In this document: piece after piece, positions 13,447 through 24,850 of the stretch
Layout: each line of letters opens with the position of its first letter
Numbering within the stretch: position 1 is the first letter of the stretch
NCBI GenBank assembly: GCA_976551045.1
Contig: CDPCPM010000026.1
Span: 21,576,001 to 21,640,000, forward strand
Source of the DNA: Glaucostegus cemiculus
Lineage: Eukaryota
Direction: 5' to 3'
DNA: 64,000 bases
Made by a program: the position numbers and the translations under genes
Notes under the pieces: model-generated
What the model saw: the letters and a program-made list of their open reading frames with translations, nothing else
The model's database searches: none
Told to the model about the DNA's origin: nothing

Positions 13447-15184
13447 TTTAAGTTTTTGCTCTGAAAAAAATCTGGTTACTTGGTTCCTTCAAACCTCACA
13501 GTATAACTTGTTAAAATAATCAAAACATAGGGGCAGTGAATGAGAATAATGCTGGTCCTAGAAAAGCAAGGCTGTCCTCATTGCTACAGAATTTCTGCTT
13601 GAGGGAAAAAATAATTCTCACTGGGATTTAATAGGTAAATTATATTTCAAATTAAGAAAGATACAGCATGGACAAACACATTTTAAACAGTATTAAAAAC
13701 TGAAAAATCCATCTGCTCCATTTTTATTTCTTCACACTGGAACATATTTTAATTGTAAATATTTGCAATAAAAAAATTCAACAGCTTGCCAGGATCGGAT
13801 CACCTCCAATATAATTTTCATAAAATGTAAATATATTGGTGCTTTATAAACTCAGAACCTTTATGTGAAGCTGCAGCACTGTTCCACAGATGCTGATGTT
13901 AAGTTGTTAAGCCTCTTGGAAAGCCTCATTTCTGCCGATGTATGCCACATGTGATTTTCCTTTACTTTTCTGTGACATCTGAGAGAAAAGTCACTTACTG
14001 ATAGCCACCTGGGCAAATCTAAACCAAACCCTTCACCCCAAATAACAAACAAAGCTTGCAAATTGTTGAAGGTGTATTTGTTCTTTGTCGCAAGATCCAA
14101 TGAAAACATGGGATAGGATATTGCTGAGTAACTAACCAAACTAACCATTGTCTAATCTATTCCAATACATGCACACCGCATGAGACTGATGTTTCAAAAT
14201 GGCAACCTACTACGGGTATGCAAGAACAGCAGAAAATGATGGGTCTTAAAACGACAGTTTTTGCACATTACACATCCACAGCCATCTGAAGAATCTGCAT
14301 AGTCCCTGCACTCAGATAGCAGGAGTTTGCTGATGTGACTTCTCCCACAAAGAAAGGGTTTGAATTGCATTCTGATTTCTTCCGAACAGATTATATATTA
14401 ACAAGAAATACTGATGGCAGAAGAAAAGTTGCAATAAATATTTAAACTAAATTACCAGATTCAATTTGGAAAGAAAGTCTTCTCGTACTCATTATTTGGC
14501 GTAGCAAGTTCAAAACACTTTGGAAGAGGAGGGGTGAAATGACTGATTGGAGCTGTCCAATGCAAATGTCAGCATTAGTTTCCCCAAAAATGGAATGCTT
14601 AGAACAAGTTTTAACAGAATAAAAGCAAAAGCATCACAATTCAACACTGTATTGTGTTAAACATGGACTCTGAAGTCAGTCCAAACAGGATGCACATAGC
14701 ACAAGGACTACAAAACGACAAAAAAAGGATTTTGCAAAGTTGGTAATGCTGCTGGAAATAAAATCAGGATGAAACCAGTTTTAAGAGGTTTAGAAACAAA
14801 AAATGAAATGTCAGCAAAACAAAATACTTTTCTAACTTTTGTGTAGAAGCACCAAGAATTTACAAGTCTGCAGGAAGGCTTTACCAAATTCTATTTTTGT
14901 TTCTTAGGATGTTGTGCAATGAAATTCCTAATCAGTGTTATATTTTGTGGGTGCTGTGGTGCAGCAAGTTGTGGCAGTTGATCAATTTGTTGCCACTACT
15001 TTTGAGAGCGCGCAAGAAAAGACGCTAGCTGAAGTTCTTGCAAGTTGTCAAAAAGCACCCTCAACAACACCTGCCATTGGCAATACTAAGCATTAGCTTT
15101 TCTGTAGCCCTGCCATTCAGGCATCTCCATCACCATTAGAGAGTTGGAACAGGGGAGGGAATGTGTCCTGATTGTTCCTTCATG

Positions 15185-15385
15185 TCTCCTTTTTGTCAGG
15201 TTTGATCCATGTTGTCTCAGGCCTCTGTGAGCAGAGCTATGACCTTGTTATTTGAAAACATAGGTTAGCCACGCTGCTTGGCAACACACACTGATTGACA
15301 GCTGACACTGCCCCAGTGTGCCTGGAAAGTGGGGAGGGGAAAGGAAGTCACATGATGGCACACAGGATGGCAAATTAGATCGTTA
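15185..15385. promoter_or_regulatory. Candidate enhancer with PBX-MEIS decamer, RFX-like site and nuclear-receptor half-site
   Basis: TGATTGACAG 15292-15301 overlapping CAGCTG; GCTGCTTGGCAAC 15273-15285; TGACCTTG 15240-15247. Confidence 0.45.
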
Positions 15386-16959
15386 AACATGAAGTGTTCT
15401 TTTTCCATAGGTCTAAAAAATTCTGTTTTAAGAAATTATCTGAAAATAATACTAACATTATGCTAGCACCCAACGAAAGGAAACTAGATAAAGATGTCCC
15501 AATAACTGGGATTTCAAAAATTGTTAAAAATTCTGTGTGGAAGGAATATAGCTTCAGTTTAAGTTTTGCTTAGAACTCATTTGTCAGAGGAAACAACATC
15601 AAGTCATTAATTTGTTCTGAAACAAATTATTGTTATCTACTTGGCATGGGGTGTAACAATTTTATATAACTACCCACCTTGAAATCTTAATATGGCTCTT
15701 TAAATGGCCATCTCATTAAGGAGCTCGATCAGATTCCTTTGCCAAAATAAATATTTAACAGGATCTCAAATTGAAAGCTTTAATTTTATCACTATGCCAA
15801 CAGTGGAGTGTAAAGCCCTTGCAGAGATCCCATCCTCGAAATGCAAATATGAGAGATTAAAACACAGTTAATATCAAATAAATGAAGGCAATTTACATAT
15901 TGCATTAATCGTACTGTCAGAGTGTATTTGCGGGGATTAATCCTATGATATTTTCAACACTCAGGCACAATAAACAATGGAAAAATTTTTGTAGTTTGTA
16001 ATGTTTCACTGGTCTGTTACTGCATTGTAATTGTTTTCATTGGAACTGTAAGACATATATTTTTGTAATAATAAATTAATAAAAATGCCAGAAAATGATG
16101 AAAATTTACAGTTTTAAACCAAAATCCACTTTAAATATTTCCTTTTCCTTATGTGCAAGATTAATATCAATAGAAATGAAAACCTACTAATACATGCGAG
16201 CTGTTATTCCACAGTCCATACTTGACATTCTTTTGGTCTTTCTCATTCATAGACAACCAAATCCATCAATGGTTCAGTCATATTCATGTAGTTCTATTTA
16301 CTGCTTGGATACCACAACTTACCCAGCATCGTTTGCTCTGGCAAATTCTTTTAACATCTGCTTTCTCAGTTCTCACAAGAAGAATGTCAAAACATCTCCT
16401 GTGCCTGAATTGGACTCTGCAACACGGTGACACAATCATGGAAGAAGAAAGGGACCAGTTTTTTGACATGTGAAAATAAATCACAAATCAGTGCGTATCT
16501 CTATGGATCAATTAGCAATTCCTGTGACCATTAATAGTACTAAACCATACAGATTATGATCATACCTTGAGATAGAGAATTACGAATCTAGAAGTCCAGA
16601 CTGAGCCAGAATTCCTGGGAAAGGCTATAGGATGCTGGTGCATTCTTTATCACAATGTAGGCCAAGACCTAGATTCTAGCTCCCAAAGGCATGATGAAGC
16701 ACTGGCTTCACTGCTGAATGGGCAGTCAGAAAGCAGCTGCCTTGATGATCAGCAAGCGTTCCTGGCAATCCAACCACTGCCTGATCAGAGTCAGTTAATT
16801 CCTCCTAGTGACTCCATTAGCTACCAGCCCATAGGTCAGATGATCAGACCCAAGTTGTCCTCCCATCTTTCAGTTCATAGGACATCAGTCCCAGCCATAA
16901 ATGTTCCCAGCTTCACACAATATTCAAGAGGAAACGCACAGCTTTGCCTAAAAAACCTG

Positions 16960-17480
16960 AAAGCAAATTCCCAACGACCAACTTTGATGGGCACCTTTGT
17001 CTGAGAAAGTAATTCTTACAGAGGCCTACCCTGTGATACAGAATGCATGAGCATCTTTTGGTCAATTGTGGAACAGTGCACTGAAGATTAAGATCTCAGA
17101 CCTGGCTCAAAACTTAGAGTATACTGACCAACATTGATCCCAGCCCTCCTCTTTGCTTTTGACACCTGGATTACCTACAGCAGGCATCACAAGGACTGGA
17201 AAATTACCACCAACGTTGTCTCTGCAACATCTTCCAAGTTCACTGAAATGATAAGTGAACCAATGTCAACATTTTCTCCCAGGCCCTAAGTTATTCTTTG
17301 TCAGCTACTTTGAGCAGGCCATGTTGTTAGCATGATTGACAACAGACTTTATTCTGAGCTTTGCCACGGAAGGACGTTACCAGTCAAACAGAGCAAAAGA
17401 TTCAAGCATGTGCATAAAGGAGCATTCAGGGTGGTACTAAATCCCAAAGGACTGCTGAAGAAGAAGGAGAATAAAGCAAG
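16960..17480 (+). mobile_element. RTE-clade LINE fragment (C-terminal to RT), pseudogenised
   Basis: Manual translation across stops and shifts gives PGSKLRVY*PTLIPALLFAFDTWITYSRH / LENYHQRCLCNIFQVH* / AGHVVSMIDNRL / YSELCHG...KRFKH, typical of RTE ORFs. Confidence 0.8.
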
Positions 17481-18765
17481 AACATTGTGCAATTGATTCC
17501 TGGAACATATCAGTACATCTCAGTACTCCTGTATTACCATATTCAGAGAAAAGTCTGGCTACTGAGAAATATTACATGGATATTTATGTATTAGAGCATA
17601 TCTTATCAAAAGTATAATAAATCAGGAAGAATTTTACTTCTAACCTCCACGAATGCGTATTGACAACATTAGTAGTGTTCTAGGAAAAGTTCATAGCTCA
17701 ACCTTGCACTCAAGAAGCCACATCTTTGCAAACACATTTACCATTGTCAGCAAGCTTTGCTTTATTGTACAGATGTTACTGAGTACTGAGCAGAATTGCC
17801 CCAAGGATTACTACGACACTAATCAAATGGGTATTTGTATCTTCCCAGGTCTGAAATTGATCAAAACGATCAATGGCAGATCAGTTCTACAAGGCCTCAT
17901 TAGCTTTGTGCAAACATAGTTAACAAGTGCTTTTCAACCAGTTCCAGAATCCAGACAGAAATCTTTCAATTGTGCTTACTTTTGTGATGCTGAAAAGAAG
18001 TTGCCAATGGACAACTGTTTTAAAACAGGGAAATAAATGTAACAGTTTTCATTTTTTGTATACAATTATCAGCTCTCTCTGATTATTTTGATACACTTAG
18101 GAAGAAAAATGCACTAACCAGTGGATTAAACTGCATTTCTCAGGTATTTGATTTAAAACTATTTCAGAATATTATTGGATGCCCAATCAAACAATATGCC
18201 CAGCTAGGGTCAACTTTTCTGGATTCCACTGCCCTTTCCTCTTCAGCTTGCTGGTATATAGCAGGAACATTGTAAATCGCAAGATCATCATATCCTCATC
18301 GACCCTATGATCAGTCGGCCAGGATTTAACTAAACTTGTAGTGGGAAGCCTCTTTGATACTCTGAAGTAGCAAGGGAACATGCCCCTTGATTCTTCACCT
18401 CTAGGGTCCACATGACAAAGACCTGTGTGGTTCAGTTAAATGAAAGTTATCCCCCCCCATGTCAATGAATCGTGTCCACAAAGTAAGTTACCCAGTGACC
18501 TCTAGTAAGGCTAGAATAATACGCTGAATTTCCTCATAATGTATAATTTTCATTAAGATTACCAAGCCTCAGTTTACTGTTCTTGTCCCCTGTGTTAACC
18601 TTTTGATACCAATAAATCTGGCAGCTTTGTTGTGCATCACCTCCATTGATTAGTTGTTTTGCCTTGTGTTCAGCATTAACTACCAATTCTTAAAGTCTAA
18701 CATGACCAAAGGGATCTCCACAGCAATTCAACATCTTAAATTCCAAATATTCTAACACATTCCCC

Positions 18766-19040
18766 TAGCGATTAGCATAACACTATTACAGAACCAGCGA
18801 CCCAGGTTCAATACCGGCCGCTGTCTGTAAGGAGTTTGCACATTCTCTGTGTCTGTGTGGGTTTCCTCTGGGTGCTCCAGTTTCCTCACACATTCCACAG
18901 ATGTACAGGTTAGAAAGTTGAGGGCATGCTATGTTGGCATCGGAAGCATGGCGACACTTGCGGGCTGCCCCCAGAACACACTTACGCAAAAGATGTATTT
19001 CACTGTGTGTTTCAATGTACATGTAACTAATAACGATACC
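18766..19040 (+). mobile_element. tRNA-derived V-SINE with non-CR1 tail
   Basis: B-box GGTTCAATACC; V-domain GGAGTTTGCACATTCTC...GGGTGCTCCAGTTTCCTC; tail TTTCACTGTGTGTTTCAATGTACATGTAACTAATAA. Confidence 0.85.
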
Positions 19041-19349
19041 TTGAAAATTCTCGTCATCTATGTTCACAACATCCTCAAATACCCACTTCTCCTTCCAATG
19101 TGCTGCAATTGTTTGTAATGAGAGCTGTTGCAAATGTCACCAATGAGCAAGGGGTTTAAATTTCTAAAGTGGATTAACACAACATATATAGTTTACTCAG
19201 TCCCTCTCCTCCCTTATTATTTTTTCAATTGAAGAACCAAATGTGCTCTTTCCTTATCAAATTCAATACTTCCTGAATTCATGATGCTTTCAATTTTAAG
19301 TAGCAGCATTTTGTTGAGAACTTTATTGATTTTTTTATGCACGTGGTGA

Positions 19350-19655
19350 ACATTACTGGCAAGTTGGCATTCATCATCTACACCTATTAGGCCCTGAAAT
19401 AAGGAGGTATTTAAGAGTCAACCATTTTGACAGGTCTTAAGTCATATATGACCAGATCAGATGAAGATGGCAGATTTCCCTTTCTGAAGGGCAAGAGTAA
19501 ACTATATGGGTTTTTCAACAGTCGAGTAGTTTCTTAGCTACCAAAACTGAGTCTAACTTTTTTTATACATATAATTTCTATTTAAATGCTTGAAATTAAA
19601 TCTCCCCCCAATTCCTATGGTGGGGTTCAAACTCATAATCCAGGACCATTGGTCC
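19350..19655 (-). mobile_element. Old SINE-like repeat (unclassified)
   Basis: GATGGCAGATTTCCCTTTCTGAAGG...GGGTTTTTCAACAGTC...ATGGTGGGGTTCAAACTC; related copies at ~37215-37390 and ~63670-63890. Confidence 0.5.
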
Positions 19656-19925
19656 AGAAATGACAGCTCATCCAAAAGTATGATCATAGCAGTTCTTTAA
19701 TTATTAGGGTTTATAGTTTCTTTACAGTTTCCTGCTAACTGAAAGGGATTATGACAAATTTATTTCAGTGGCCATTTTCAATGGGGCCAGATAGTGTTTA
19801 GTACTCCTTGGGGTGGGAGAAAATTAAAGCTATTATGTTTCATCAGCTAAACCAAAAGTTAAAAGGCAATAAAACCAGTAAGATACCAGAAGTAAAAAGC
19901 AGCAAATCCAAATAAAAATAACAGC

Positions 19926-20040
19926 AGAATGTGGGGAGAATAAAATGGGATTAGGCCAGGATTAGTGTAACTGGGTACTTGATGGTCAGTGTTGACTTGG
20001 CGGGCTGAATGGCCTGCTTCCCTGCTCTGTGACTCTAACT
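19926..20040 (+). mobile_element. HE1-like SINE / CR1 3' tail fragment
   Basis: GAATGTGGGGAGAATAAAATGGGATTA...GGGCTGAATGGCCTGCTTCCCTGCTCTGTGACTCT; matches 32990-33094. Confidence 0.7.
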
Positions 20041-20549
20041 ACATTACCTGCAACACCTTGCCCCCACATCACTGACTGCACAATTGAATTATGAATTTAC
20101 TGGTTCTGGGAACAGAAAGGCAGTGAGGGACTATTCTTCTGAAGGCTGGGGTTAGGGCAACTTCTCAAGGAGTGGGGACAGGAGGTGGAGGTTGGAGCAG
20201 TGGATAATGCAAAATCAAGGGAGCATTATTCAGTAACAATGACACATGATTAGAAACAGCCTAATTTCTCTCTCTGTCCCCTCTGGTGCTGTCAAGCAAA
20301 GACTAAGTAGACCTTATATTAATTTTAGATTACAAATGCATCACTAAGCCAGGTCCTACTTTTTAACTGTTAAAGACAAGCACTTTGTGCAGTCAAATTA
20401 TTTGCAGAGTTGCCACGGTTACAGAGTCAATGAAGTAGGCCTATAATCATAAATGTGAACAATTATGGGCAGTGAACGAATTTCTTAGTGCAGTGGGAAG
20501 TACTTCAACCAATAAAAAATCCCTGAAGTTAAATGGCTAGTTTCACCAA

Positions 20550-20672
20550 TGATGAAAGGTCATTGATCTGAAATGATAACTATTACTCTCTCCACAGATG
20601 TTGCCTGATGTGCTAAGCATTTTCAACATTCTTTGTTTTACTTCCGATTTCCAGCATCCACATATTTTGTCT
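20550..20672 (+). mobile_element. Penelope-end remnant with degenerate hammerhead core
   Basis: TGATGA AAGGTCATTGATCT GAAATGATAAC...CTCTCCACAGATGTTGCCTGA...GATTTCCAGCATC. Confidence 0.7.
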
Positions 20673-21125
20673 TTGGATTATTCTTTCATTAGTACTGTAT
20701 TCCATTCAAAATGCTGTGCTAAAAACTGATTTATGAGAAAGGCCAGTAAACAAATTGTACATTCATACAACCTTTCACAATCTCCAGTTCTGAAAACTGT
20801 GGCTAGTCTATTGACATTATCAATGAATCAACAAAAGGCAAAGAAGGTTTCAGGTTTTGTCCACTGTGACAGTATGCAGGGGTTAAAGTATAACTAGCAT
20901 GAAAGCCAATGCTTTAACACAGCTCAAAGGTAGACTATGTCAGGTCAGCTGTTCCTAAATCTGGGGTTTTCTTCCCACTGCTCATTTTCCACCCCAGAGA
21001 GCTTAGTGTGGCTGTAGTTACATCACAGTCGGACTTCTTTCAGTACGCAGCACAAGCAACACTCTTTAAGTGCAGCCAGCTGTCAACTGAGACAGCAAAT
21101 GGATAGCGGCCATTGCTGGAAAGTC

Positions 21126-21415
21126 AGGCATTTCTTGTCCACCCCCTGAGGAGGTGCTGGTAAGCCACCTCTAACCGATGTAGGACAACTTTCTGTGCTA
21201 CAGTGCAAGGGGTTCCAGGACTTGACTCAGCATTGAAGAAGCAGCGATATTTCCATGTCAGGTTGTGCAATTTAGAGAAGAACCTGCGGGTGGTAAAGTC
21301 GTCACACAACTGCTGACCTGACCTTTGCCGTGTCAGAAGTTAAAGCTAGAAGGTGCTTGTTTGGGAAGTGCTTGCACACTACTGCTCTCAATCACCACAT
21401 ATTATTGAAGCAGCT
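21126..21415 (-). mobile_element. 3' end of a non-LTR LINE (CR1/L2 group), decayed
   Basis: CTGAGGAGGTGCTGGTAAGCCACC...GTTCCAGGACTTGACTCAGC...GATATTTCCATGTCAGG; homologous to 33935-34270. Confidence 0.55.
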
Positions 21416-22861
21416 CTCTGTCACATCCCTTTTATGTAAAATGAATGACCTTTGCCAACACAAACACATTTGCTGATTCTAACATCCTTGAAATATAATG
21501 CATCATCTACACTGCTTACAATGCGGTCCATTTTTGTCTCATTGGCAAAGAGGGGGAAGTGGCTGTTAATCCCTTCATCTATATTGTTTATCATTAAAAT
21601 GAAGATTTGACATCCAAACACTGATGCTTCCCGGACTCGCACTAGTCACATCCCAACAATGTGAGTGCCTGCCCAATTATCCCTGCTCTGACTCCTGCTG
21701 CTCAGACATTTTCCTAACTGGGTCAATAAGCTGCCTTCAGTTCCAACTCAGCCAGAAGTTTTGGAAGAGGAACTTTATCAAAACCTTTCTGAAGATAAAA
21801 TCCATTGACAGCCATGTGGCTGCTACATGACCAGCCTCTACAAATGCTGCCTCTCTCTGATAAACTTAAACTTGTCAAAATATTCAGTGGATATTAATTA
21901 TAAACAAATGTTAACCAATGGTTTAATTTTCCCACCTTTATAAACAGCAGTGTGATAAGTACAATTTTCCAATTCAAAAGAACAGCTCCTCGAATCAAAT
22001 AATGTTTAACAAGGTCTTAGCACATCTGAAATGTTCTCTCCAGCATTCTTTAAACCTCTGAATGGAAACCATCCATCTTGAGGCTCTTATAACCTTGTGC
22101 CTTTATATTCTTCACAGTGGTTATTTTTCTTATGTAAATTTTTCTGAGTTCCCTTTCACATCAATGATAGTTTCTCTGAGAGGCTGACTGTGCCATCCTC
22201 ATCCTCTACTGTAAATATTGACAGACTATGTCCTTATTTTAATTTACAATGTCAATGTTAACAGTTTTCCTGGGGTCCACATTGCTCCCAACCAACCTCC
22301 TTTTGAAACATAATTGGAAAAAAATCTGTTAATAGTTTTGTACAATTCACTTCAGACTCCCTTTTGTAGCTCTTACCATCTGCTGTCTCCATTTCTCTGT
22401 CCTAGTCACCTTGCTCTGCGCTGGCTTTTGTATTTTGTATACTTTTTATTTTAATTTCTTATCATCCCTTACATTTATGAACATTCATGGCTGTTTGTTT
22501 TTGGCAACTCCTGCTGTTTAAGGCATCAGCTGGTTCTGTATTATTATTTGAATGTGTTTGACTGATCTATTGTTGTTTTACCATTAACAGGTCTATCTGC
22601 AGGAAAAGGGGAAGCCCAATATATAGGAGGGAAAAGCAGAGCAGTGATAGGTGGACAAAAGAGGGGAGGTGGGGTGGGCACAAGGTGATGGTAGGTAGAT
22701 TCAGGTAAGAGACAATGATAGGTAGGTGCGAGGGGTGGAGGGGAGAGCAGATCCACTGGGGATGGGTCAAAGGTAAGGAGGAAAAAAGGAGGGTAGTAAA
22801 AAAGAGATATGCTAGGAAAGGGAAAAAAAAGAAGAGACATGGTTGGGGGCAGGTGTGGGGA

Positions 22862-23819
22862 TTACCTTAAGTGGGAGAATTCAATGTTCATGCCATTAGG
22901 CTGCAAGGTTCCAAGATGGAAAATGAGGTGCTGTCCCTCCAGTTTGCACTTCGACTTCTCCTGGCAGTGGAGGAGGCTGAGGACTGACACATCTGTGATG
23001 GAGTGGGAGGGGGAGTTGAAGTGACTAGCAACGGGGAGATGCAGATCGCGGTTACGGATGGGGTGCAGGTGTTCTGCAAAACCATCACCTAGTCTGCACT
23101 TGGTCTCGCCAATGTAGGGGAGGCCACACTTGGAGCACCGAATGCAGTAAATGATATTAAGGGAGGTGCAGGTGAACCTCTGTCTCACCTAAAATGAATG
23201 TTCGGGTCCCTGGATGGAGGTGATGGAGATAGTGCAGGGGCAGGTGTTGCACCTATGGCAGGGGCAGTGGAAAGTTCCCACGGTTGGAGCGGGATGGGTT
23301 GGTGGGGGTGGGGGTGGGGGTGGGGGAGGAAGGGGGGGAAGGAGTGAATTTGGGAGTTGCGGAGAGAGCGGTCCCTGCGAGGGGTGGGGAGGGGAAAATG
23401 TGCTTAGTGGTGGGGTCCCATTGGAGATAGCGGAAGTGGCAGAGAATGATTTGTTGGATACGTAGGCTGGTGGGATGAAATACAAGGACAAAGGGGACCC
23501 TATACCACCTGTAGAGTCTGGGAGGGGTGCAGGTGAGAGCAGAGGTGCGGGAAATGGCAGAGCTGTGGGTGTGAGCTCTATTGACCACAGTCGGGGGGAA
23601 GCCACGGTTAGTAAAGAAGTTGGACATCTCGGATGTCCTGGAGTGGAAAACCTCATCATGGGAGCAGATGCAGTGGAGGTGGAAAAATTGAGGAAAAAGG
23701 GATAATGTCCTTGCAAGAGACAGGGTGGGAGAAGCTGTAATCGAGTAGCTGTGGGCATTAGTAGGTTTGTAGAAGACGTTGGTGGATAAAGAATCTCCTG
23801 AGATGGAGATAGAAAGATG
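22862..23819 (-). pseudogene. PLE ORF remnant: RT C-terminus, Cys-rich linker and GIY-YIG endonuclease (frameshifted)
   Basis: LSISISGDSLSTNVFYKPT..SHPVSCK..ICS..MSNFFTNRGFP, then GTFHCPCHRCNTCP, then NIIYCIRCSKCGLPYIGET..EHL..VASHFN..LQPNGMN. Confidence 0.92.
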
Positions 23820-24227
23820 GAACTTCCCATTGCCCCCATCATAGGTGCAACCTGCCCCACACCACCTCCATCACTTCCATCCAGGGACCCAAACAGTCCT
23901 TTCAGGTGAGACAGAGATTCACCTGCAGCTCCCCTAATATCATCTACTGCATTTGGTGCTCCAAGTGTGGCCTCCTCTACATTGGCAAGACCAAACGCAG
24001 ACTAGGTGACCATTTTGCAGAACACCTGCACTCTGTCCATAACCGTGATCTGCATCTCCCCATTGCCAGTTACTTCAACTCCCCCTCCATCACAGATATG
24101 TCAGTCCTCAGCCTCCTCCACTGCCAGGAGAATTCCAAGGTGCAAACCAGAAGAACAGCACCTCATTTTCCATCTTGGAACGTTGCAGCCTAACGGCAGG
24201 AACATTGAATTCTCCCACTTTAAGTAA
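23819..24227 (+). pseudogene. Second PLE linker and GIY-YIG endonuclease remnant (frameshifted)
   Basis: NIIYCIWCSKCGLLYIGKTKRRLGDHFAEHL (ORF 23906-24193), continuing in another frame as EQHLIFHLGTLQPNGRNIEF (ORF 24006-24227). Confidence 0.92.
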
Positions 24228-24487
24228 TCCCCACCCCCAATCATGCCTCTTCTTTTCTTCCCTTTCCTAGCCACTCTCTCTTTTTTCTACCCACCTTTTT
24301 CCTCCTTAACTTTGACCCATCCCCCAGTAGATCGGCTCTCCCCTCCTCCGCACACCTGCCTATCACTATTTCTTACCTGCATCTACCTATCACCACCTTG
24401 TGCCCACTCCACCTCCCCTCTTATGTCCACCTACAACTGCTCTGCTTTTCCCTCCTATATATTGGGCTTGCCCTTTTCCCATCTTCA

Positions 24488-24521
24488 GTCCTGAGGAAGG
24501 GTCCTGACCTGAAACGTTGAC
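24488..24521 (+). ncRNA. Minimal type I hammerhead ribozyme motif of the PLE
   Basis: GTC-CTGAGGA-AGG(GTCCTGA)CCT-GAAAC-GTT-GAC: CUGANGA and GAAA cores, palindromic ACGU stem III, GUC/GAC stem I; predicted cleavage after 24518. Confidence 0.75.
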
Positions 24522-24668
24522 CACCTGCTTTTCTCCACAGATGCTGCCTGGCCTGTTGAGTTCCTCCAGCATCATAGTGTTTTTCATCTATATTCCAGCA
24601 TCTGCAGTCCTTTGTTTCTCAACGGGTCTATCTAGTTTACCACACATTACCAATGAAAGTCATAAAAA

Positions 24669-24850
24669 CTGCTGATGCTGGAAATCCTAGCAAAAACAGG
24701 AAATATTGGAAACATTCAGAGGATCAAGCAGCATCTGTGGAACTAGAAATGGAGTGAACATCTTATATCTTTAACCTGAAATATTAGTTCCATTTCTCTT
24801 TCCACTGCTGCTTCCTGAACCACAAAGTGTTCCCAGCATATTCTGTTCTT
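24669..24850. mobile_element. Older fold-back Penelope-end mini-element
   Basis: GATGCTGGAAATC...AGCAGCATCTGTGGAACTAGAAATGGAG is inverted as TTCCATTTCTCTTTCCACTGCTGCTT...CCAGCATATTCTGTT around ACCTGAAATATT. Confidence 0.7.

Larger units (their letters stand above)
22599..24620. mobile_element. Penelope-like retroelement (Neptune-type), 5'-truncated, with inverted arms and 13-bp TSD
   Basis: Minus arm ~23820->22599, plus arm ~23819->24620; flanks AACAGGTCTATCT (22586-22598) and AACGGGTCTATCT (24621-24633). Confidence 0.93.

Noticed and set aside
23189-23860. 223-aa Pro-rich ORF, the longest in the track
   Set aside because: Mostly an off-frame reading of the frameshifted PLE plus a G-run expansion, and it starts across the inversion junction; not a host gene
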